From assembly GCA_965200625.1 (NCBI GenBank), contig OZ241375.1, forward strand, positions 2,226,699 to 2,290,698: a DNA stretch of 64,000 nucleotides, given 5' to 3'. Shown here in pieces: positions 58,679 to 64,000 of the stretch. The stretch is from Dehalococcoidia bacterium. GTDB taxonomy: Bacteria; Chloroflexota; Dehalococcoidia; Bin125. The notes beneath the pieces were generated by a model. It was given only the letters and a program-made list of their open reading frames with translations, searched no databases and was not told the DNA's origin. Within the stretch, counting starts at the first letter, position 1, and each line of letters opens with the position of its first letter. Both the position numbers and the translations under genes were made by a program.

Positions 58679-59299
58679 ATGGCCGCCGGCACGATCGCGC
58701 CCAAGCGCGTCCACCCCGTCCGCAGCTTCCTCGTCGGCGACGAGCCGATGACGACCGGCCTGTGGGGGATCATCTTCTTCATCTTCTCCGAGATCATGTT
58801 CTTCGCGGGACTGATCGCGGCGATGCTCGCCCTGCACAGCGACACGCTGTTCTGGGAACCGACCAACGGCGCCCACCGCGTTGAAGGCGACCACCTGTTG
58901 CCGATCCTGTTCACCGTGCTCCTGGTCAGCACCTCGATCCCGATGCAGTTCGCCGCCTTCGCGATCCGCAAGGGCAACCGCAAGGCGATGCTGATCAACA
59001 TGACCATCGTCCTGGTCGTCGGCACCGCCTTCATCATCAACCAGTACTTCGAGTGGGAGCACGCCGGCTTCGGCATCTCCGACGGCCCCTACGCGGCCAG
59101 CTTCTACACCCTGACCGGCTTCCACGGCGCGCACGTGATCGGCGGACTCGTCTTCATCTTCGCGCAGTGGCTGCGCGGGCTGCTCGGACACTTCGACGCC
59201 AAACGCAACACGGCGATTGAGGCCGCGACGCTCTACTGGCACTTCGTGGGCTTCGTATGGCTGCTGGTCATCTTCCCGCTCGTCTTCTTCCTCAGCTGA
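58679..59299 (+). CDS. ctaE: Cytochrome c oxidase subunit III.
   Basis: LWGIIFFIFSEIMFFAGL..., TGFHGAHVIGG and LYWHFVGFVWL are typical of subunit III. Confidence 0.9.
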   Translation: MAAGTIAPKRVHPVRSFLVGDEPMTTGLWGIIFFIFSEIMFFAGLIAAMLALHSDTLFWEPTNGAHRVEGDHLLPILFTVLLVSTSIPMQFAAFAIRKGNRKAMLINMTIVLVVGTAFIINQYFEWEHAGFGISDGPYAASFYTLTGFHGAHVIGGLVFIFAQWLRGLLGHFDAKRNTAIEAATLYWHFVGFVWLLVIFPLVFFLS

Positions 59300-59312
59300 T
59301 CCGGACTGACCG

Positions 59313-60323
59313 GTGAGGAGGAGCCCGCGAGCGCTGGCCGCGCTCGTCGCGGTTGTTGGCGCGCTCGCGGCGCTGCTCGCGCCCGCGGTGGCGGCGGCCC
59401 ACGACGGCCGCTACGCCGAATCGGGCGAGCTGCTCACCGCGCTGGGCATCTGGAGCCTCGACGGACCCGGCCTCGCCATCGTCCTGATCGTCGGCGGACT
59501 CTACGTCTGGGGCTACTACCGCCTGCGCCGCGACTCGCCCCACTTCCACTTTCCCCGCTGGCACGCCTGGTGTTTCGCCGCCGGCTGGCTGATCATGCTG
59601 CTCGGGCTGATGTCGCCGGTGGACACCTACTCGGACGACCTGTTCTGGGTGCACATGATCCAGCACGTGATGATCACGATGCTGGTCGCGCCGCTGATGC
59701 TGCTCGGCGCGCCGGCGACGCTGGCGCTGCGCGCCGCCTCGCCGCGCATTCGCTCGACCTACCTGATTCCCTTCCTCAACTCCCGGCTCGTGCGCTGGCT
59801 GACCTGGCCGCCGGCGGCGCTGGCGATCTACATCGCCAGCGTCTGGAGCTGGCACTGGCCCGACGCCTACGACGCCGCCATCGCTTCGGAGGCGGTGCAC
59901 TTTGCCGAGCACGGCGTTTTTCTCTTCGGCGCGCTGCTGCTCTGGTGGTTGGTGATCGGCGTCGACGCGACGCGCCTGCGTCCGCACCACGTCTGGCGCT
60001 GCGCCCTGCTGGTCGTCGCGATCCTGCAGAACATCGCCCTCGGCCTGATCCTGATCAACGTCGGCGAGGCGGTCTACGACACCTACGCGACGGCCGCCGC
60101 CGTGCGCGAGTGGGGCCCGGACGCGCTGCTTGACCAGCGCATCGGCGCGGGGATCATGTGGGTGCCAGGCTCGATGATGTTCGCGCTGGCGATCATCATC
60201 ACGGTCTACTACTGGGCGGAGCGTGAGGGCTTCAAGGATCGCCGCAACGACACGGTGCGCGATATGCAAATCCGCGTGCACGGGGAGATCCCCACGCTCG
60301 GCCCGCGCCCCGGCGAGCACTAG
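59313..60323 (+). CDS. ctaG: Caa3-type cytochrome oxidase assembly factor CtaG (Caa3_CtaG family).
   Basis: VHMIQHVMITMLVAPLMLLGAPATLALRA... is the conserved core of the CtaG/Caa3 assembly family. ~7 TM. Confidence 0.75.
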   Translation: MRRSPRALAALVAVVGALAALLAPAVAAAHDGRYAESGELLTALGIWSLDGPGLAIVLIVGGLYVWGYYRLRRDSPHFHFPRWHAWCFAAGWLIMLLGLMSPVDTYSDDLFWVHMIQHVMITMLVAPLMLLGAPATLALRAASPRIRSTYLIPFLNSRLVRWLTWPPAALAIYIASVWSWHWPDAYDAAIASEAVHFAEHGVFLFGALLLWWLVIGVDATRLRPHHVWRCALLVVAILQNIALGLILINVGEAVYDTYATAAAVREWGPDALLDQRIGAGIMWVPGSMMFALAIIITVYYWAEREGFKDRRNDTVRDMQIRVHGEIPTLGPRPGEH

Positions 60324-60411
60324 CGATCAGGCAGCGAATGTGTGCTCGAATGTCTGCCCAAATGTGTGCTCGGCAGTTCGCTGATACTGCGAGAAGTGCG
60401 ACACTGAACCG

Positions 60412-61479
60412 GTGGCAGCGATGAGCGGCATGAGCAGATTTCAGAGCGTCGGTTTCGGACTGGTGATCGGTCTGCTCGTCCTGACGGCGTTGGGCGGCAT
60501 CGTCCGCGTGACCGGCTCCGGGCTCGCCTGCCCCGATTGGCCGGCCTGCTACGGCGGCTTGATTCCGACGGGCGACTTCGGCGAGTTCGCCGCGCGCCAG
60601 GTCTGGTTTGAGTGGACCCACCGCCTGGTCGCCGCGATCATGGGCTTCATCATCATCGGCTACGCCTACGTTGCCTGGCGGCGCTACCGCGCGCAGCGCC
60701 GCGTCTGGCTGCCGGCGGCGCTGGCGGTGCCGTTCCTCGCCCTGCAGATCGTGCTCGGCGGCCTGACCGTGACGGAGCGGCTCGAGGAGCTGATCGTCAC
60801 GCTGCACCTCGCCACCGCGATGCTGATCCTGATGCTGGTCGCCGTGTCCTGGCTGGGCAGCTTCCCCTGGCGCGTCGTGACCAGCGCGGACGAAGCGCCG
60901 CTGGGTACCGACGCGGCCTCGCAGGCGCGCACCTACGCGCGGATCGCGCTGCTCATCGCCGTGCTCGTCTACGCGGTCGTCGTGGTCGGTTCCTACGTGA
61001 CCCATGTCGGCGCGGGTCCGGACGCGGGCGCGCACGTCGGCCCCGGCGGCGCGGCCTGCGGCAATCAGTGGCCGCTCTGCTACGGCGGACTCTTCCCCGA
61101 GGGCGAGTACGCTCAATGGAACATGGGACACCGATTCCTGGTCGCGATCGGCGGAGTCGCGCTGTTTGGCGCGGCGATGGGCGTGGTCATGCTGCGACCG
61201 CGCGCGCGCGGCCTGACCTTCCTGGTGCACGGTGCGGCGACGCTCTATCTGATCCAGATCTTCATCGGCGCGGCGATGATCTGGATCAACTTCGACGCCT
61301 GGGCGCGGGCGCTGCATCTGTCGATGGGCTCGATAACCTGGCTGCTCGCGGTCGCCGCCGCGCTGGGCGCGTACTACCGCGCCGGCGGACTGCGCGCCGG
61401 CAGCACAGCCGCCGCCGCGCTGCCCACAGTCAACACGCCCGCAGGGACGCCGGTCTCGGAGAGCGAGGGCAACGGATGA
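60412..61479 (+). CDS. ctaA: Heme A synthase (COX15/CtaA).
   Basis: VRVTGSGLACPDWPACYG, WTHRLVA and a second half with CGNQWPLCYG plus His-containing helices. Confidence 0.85.
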   Translation: MAAMSGMSRFQSVGFGLVIGLLVLTALGGIVRVTGSGLACPDWPACYGGLIPTGDFGEFAARQVWFEWTHRLVAAIMGFIIIGYAYVAWRRYRAQRRVWLPAALAVPFLALQIVLGGLTVTERLEELIVTLHLATAMLILMLVAVSWLGSFPWRVVTSADEAPLGTDAASQARTYARIALLIAVLVYAVVVVGSYVTHVGAGPDAGAHVGPGGAACGNQWPLCYGGLFPEGEYAQWNMGHRFLVAIGGVALFGAAMGVVMLRPRARGLTFLVHGAATLYLIQIFIGAAMIWINFDAWARALHLSMGSITWLLAVAAALGAYYRAGGLRAGSTAAAALPTVNTPAGTPVSESEGNG

Positions 61480-62405
61480 CCGAACGTCCGCTTACGCTGC
61501 CGCGCCCCGCGTCGCTCCCGAGTTCGCGCCGGTCGCTGGAACTGGCGCGCGGCTTCTGGGAGCTGACCAAGCCGGGCATCATCGGCCTGCTGCTGGTCAC
61601 GACCGTGCCGACGATGATCGTCGCCGCCAACGGCTGGCCGCGCGACAGCTTCGCCGACGGCCTCGCGCTGATCCTCATGACCCTGCTGGGCGGCGTCCTG
61701 ACCGCCGGCGGCGCGAACACGTTCAACCAGTGGTTCGACCGCGATATCGACGCGATCATGGAGCGCACCGCCGGGCGCCCGCTGCCGTCAGGCCTGATCC
61801 AGCCCTGGCAGGCGCTGGCCTGGGGCGTCCTGCTGGCGACGCTCGGCGGCGTCCAGCTGGCGCTCATGGTCAACCTGCTGGCGGCGCTGCTCGCCGAGGC
61901 GGCGGTGCTCTTCTACGTCTTCGTCTACACGATCTGGCTCAAGCGCTCGACCACGCAGAACATCGTGATCGGCGGCGCGGCCGGCTCGATTCCGCCGCTC
62001 GTCGGCTGGGCGGCGGTGACCGGCGAGGTCACCTGGACGCCGTTCATCCTTTTCCTCGTGATCTTCATGTGGACGCCGCCGCACTTCTGGGCGCTGGCGC
62101 TCAAGTACCGCGACGACTACGCCCGCGCCGACGTGCCGATGCTGCCCGTCGTCTCGGGCGAGCGCGAGACGCGCAAGCAGCTGCTGATCTACTCGGTCGG
62201 CCTGGTAGCGGTCAGCCTGCTCGGGCCGCTGGGCGGACATCTGAGCTGGTGCTACGAGACGACCTGCGCGATCGCGGGCGCGGGCTTCATCTGGATCGCC
62301 TGGCAGGTCTGGCGCGAGCAAGCGCCGCCGATGCGGATCTTCTTCGCCTCCATCGCCTATCTCTTCATCGTCTTCGCCGCCGTCGGACTCGACGTGCTCG
62401 TCTAG
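61476..62405 (+). CDS. ctaB: Protoheme IX farnesyltransferase (heme O synthase).
   Basis: ATG 61476 overlaps the ctaA stop (ATGA). MTERPLTL...GFWELTKPGIIGLLLVTT...NTFNQWFDRDIDAIMERTAGRPLPSG...TPPHFWALA is the UbiA-family heme O synthase signature. In the ORF track it appears only as the 3' part of a longer out-of-context ORF. Confidence 0.9.
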   Translation: MTERPLTLPRPASLPSSRRSLELARGFWELTKPGIIGLLLVTTVPTMIVAANGWPRDSFADGLALILMTLLGGVLTAGGANTFNQWFDRDIDAIMERTAGRPLPSGLIQPWQALAWGVLLATLGGVQLALMVNLLAALLAEAAVLFYVFVYTIWLKRSTTQNIVIGGAAGSIPPLVGWAAVTGEVTWTPFILFLVIFMWTPPHFWALALKYRDDYARADVPMLPVVSGERETRKQLLIYSVGLVAVSLLGPLGGHLSWCYETTCAIAGAGFIWIAWQVWREQAPPMRIFFASIAYLFIVFAAVGLDVLV

Positions 62406-63340
62406 CGCGCCGCTGTCCCGGCTGTCCCTGCCGTAACTGCCGTCCCCGCCGCCTCCAACTCTGACAGTGCGACGACAATCTCGAACCGCGCGCGGATTAC
62501 GCCGGTTCCATCGACGACGAAGAACTGCGGCTCCGCCTCAATCGACCAGGCCTCGTTCGCCGAGTCGATCAGGGTCTGCAACGGTTCGGGGCGGGGGCGA
62601 CCGAACGGTTCGACGTGCAGCACGGCGATCGCGCCGCGCGGGAGCAGCGCGGCGGCCTGCGCCTGTGCTCGGGCGCAGGCGCGCCGGCCGGCGCAGCGCT
62701 CGGCGGACGCCCAGACGATCAGAAACGGCTCGCCCGCCGCGAGCAGCGCGTCCGCCGAGCGCTCGTACAGACCGAGCGCTTCCGCCGACACCTCGCCCAT
62801 CCGCTCGAGCACGCCGTCGGCGATGGTCGGCGTCGGCACGGCGGGCGCGGCGTCGCCGGCGCGGAGGCCGTTGGGGAGATCGCGAACGAGGAACGGCAAG
62901 CGCGGGCTGCTCTCGGCGCGGCCGTCGGGCAGTTCGACCGCGACCGCGAGCGCCCACTGCCCCGCGACGCCGAACGGCGGCGACTGGGCGATCAGGTAGC
63001 GCAGCCCTTCGACCTCGAGCGACGCCAGCGGCGCTTCGGAGTGGAACTTGATCCCGTCCTCGGTCGGATCGAAGTAGCGGATCAGAAACGCGGCCCCGTC
63101 CGGGAAGGCGGGCTGCGCGTCCCGCTCCAACAGCGTCAGCACCAGACGCGGGACGTTGACGTAGACGTCGGAGGACTCAATCACCGGCACGAACGACGCC
63201 TCCGACGCGGTTACCACGACGCGACTCTCGGAGTCGCCGCAGGCGGCGCTGCCCAGCGCGGCGAGCAGAATCGTGAGCAGGCCGCCGCGCAGCAGGGAGT
63301 GAGGCAGAGAACGCGGCGCGGATCGCGGCGGGCGGCTCAT
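62402..63340 (-). CDS. Putative lipoprotein of unknown function, located between the cox locus and an ABC-2 permease.
   Basis: ATG at 63340 gives MSRPPRSAPRSLPHSLLRGGLLTILLAALGSAACGD, a signal peptide with a lipobox. C-terminal Ala/Thr/Gly repeats. The ORF track extends the start to 63421. Confidence 0.5.
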   Translation of the reverse strand: MSRPPRSAPRSLPHSLLRGGLLTILLAALGSAACGDSESRVVVTASEASFVPVIESSDVYVNVPRLVLTLLERDAQPAFPDGAAFLIRYFDPTEDGIKFHSEAPLASLEVEGLRYLIAQSPPFGVAGQWALAVAVELPDGRAESSPRLPFLVRDLPNGLRAGDAAPAVPTPTIADGVLERMGEVSAEALGLYERSADALLAAGEPFLIVWASAERCAGRRACARAQAQAAALLPRGAIAVLHVEPFGRPRPEPLQTLIDSANEAWSIEAEPQFFVVDGTGVIRARFEIVVALSELEAAGTAVTAGTAGTAAR

Positions 63341-63344
63341 CGGT

Positions 63345-64000
63345 TCATACCGCCCGCGGCGCCTGGCGGAGGCCGACGATGAAGAGCAGCAGCGCCAGCG
63401 CGCCGAGCACGGGCGCGTCAATCCAGGGACCGATCAAGCCGTCCGGGGAATCGGCGTAGGCGGCGTAGTGGAGGAGGTCGACGGCGTAGGTCAGCGGGTT
63501 GGCGTAGCCGATTACCTCCAGCCACGTCGGCACGGCGTCGAGCGGGAAGAACGCGCCGGAGAGGAAAAAGAGCGGGAAGAGGAAGAGGTTCATCAGCAGA
63601 TGGAAGCCCTGCATCGTCTTGATCCGCACCGCCAGGAGCAGCGAGAGCCCGGAGAGCATGAAGTTGAACGCCAGGATCGTTGCAACCACCGTCGCCGCGC
63701 CGCCGAGCCAGCCGAATTGCCAGGCCAGATCGATGCCGGGAATCACCACCGCCAACACCAGCACGGCCAGCGCCTGCAGCGAGCCGATCAGGATCGCGCC
63801 CAACGCTTTGCCGAACAGGATCGTCTGCAGGTGATGGGGCGAAGCGAGCAGCGCGCGCAGCAGCCCGCTCTCGCGGTCGCGGTAGAAGCCGGCGCTGGAG
63901 AAGGTGGACGAGAAGAGCGCCGTCAGCGCGATCATGCCTGGTGCGAGGAAGGAGGTGTAGTCGCCGTCGAGAATGCGCGGCGAAGTCGGCGCGAGCCCGC
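63345..64000 (-). CDS. ABC-2 type transporter permease. It is partial: the N-terminus lies beyond the window end.
   Basis: Multi-TM ...QTILFGKALGAILIGSLQALAVLVLAVVIPGIDL...FFPLDAVPTWLEVIGYANPLTYAVDLL is typical of ABC-2 permeases. The reading frame stays open upstream of the ORF-track start (63935) through to position 64000. Confidence 0.7.
   Translation of the reverse strand, partial: GLAPTSPRILDGDYTSFLAPGMIALTALFSSTFSSAGFYRDRESGLLRALLASPHHLQTILFGKALGAILIGSLQALAVLVLAVVIPGIDLAWQFGWLGGAATVVATILAFNFMLSGLSLLLAVRIKTMQGFHLLMNLFLFPLFFLSGAFFPLDAVPTWLEVIGYANPLTYAVDLLHYAAYADSPDGLIGPWIDAPVLGALALLLFIVGLRQAPRAV

Overview
This is a 64 kb segment of a ~70% GC bacterial chromosome. The genes are mostly core genes of an aerobic organism that uses coenzyme F420, with Chloroflexi/Thermomicrobia-like or actinobacterial character; the lineage is my inference and no database was queried.

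- **Left edge:** a partial lhr helicase gene on the minus strand, running off the window.
- **Right third:** a complete caa3-type cytochrome c oxidase locus, ctaC-ctaD-ctaE-ctaG-ctaA-ctaB, preceded by an unusual internally duplicated His-rich membrane protein.
- **Between them:**
  - four LLM/F420-type oxidoreductases
  - two paralogous phosphohexomutases flanking paralogous membrane proteins
  - tandem esterase paralogs
  - three tandem MFS transporters
  - a SulP transporter
  - an OmpR-type two-component system
  - rsmG, a GreA-like factor and citrate synthase
- **Low-GC accessory islets (GC ~55-60%):**
  - 2.8-4.5 kb: a reverse-transcriptase-like gene with an in-frame TAG and degenerate catalytic motifs
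  - 26.4-27.0 kb: a DUF433/DUF5615 PIN-like toxin-antitoxin pair
  - 28.1-28.8 kb: a DUF2335 gene
  - 29.6-31.0 kb: a lipoprotein and a frameshifted NYN/OST-HTH nuclease-like gene
- **Non-coding structure:**
  - a family of composite GC-rich hairpin repeats at two convergent gene junctions (14.8 kb and 46.5 kb)
  - a six-unit direct-repeat array upstream of the two-component system

No rRNA, tRNA or CRISPR array was recognised. Many long ORFs in the six-frame track are antisense artefacts of the high-GC coding regions.
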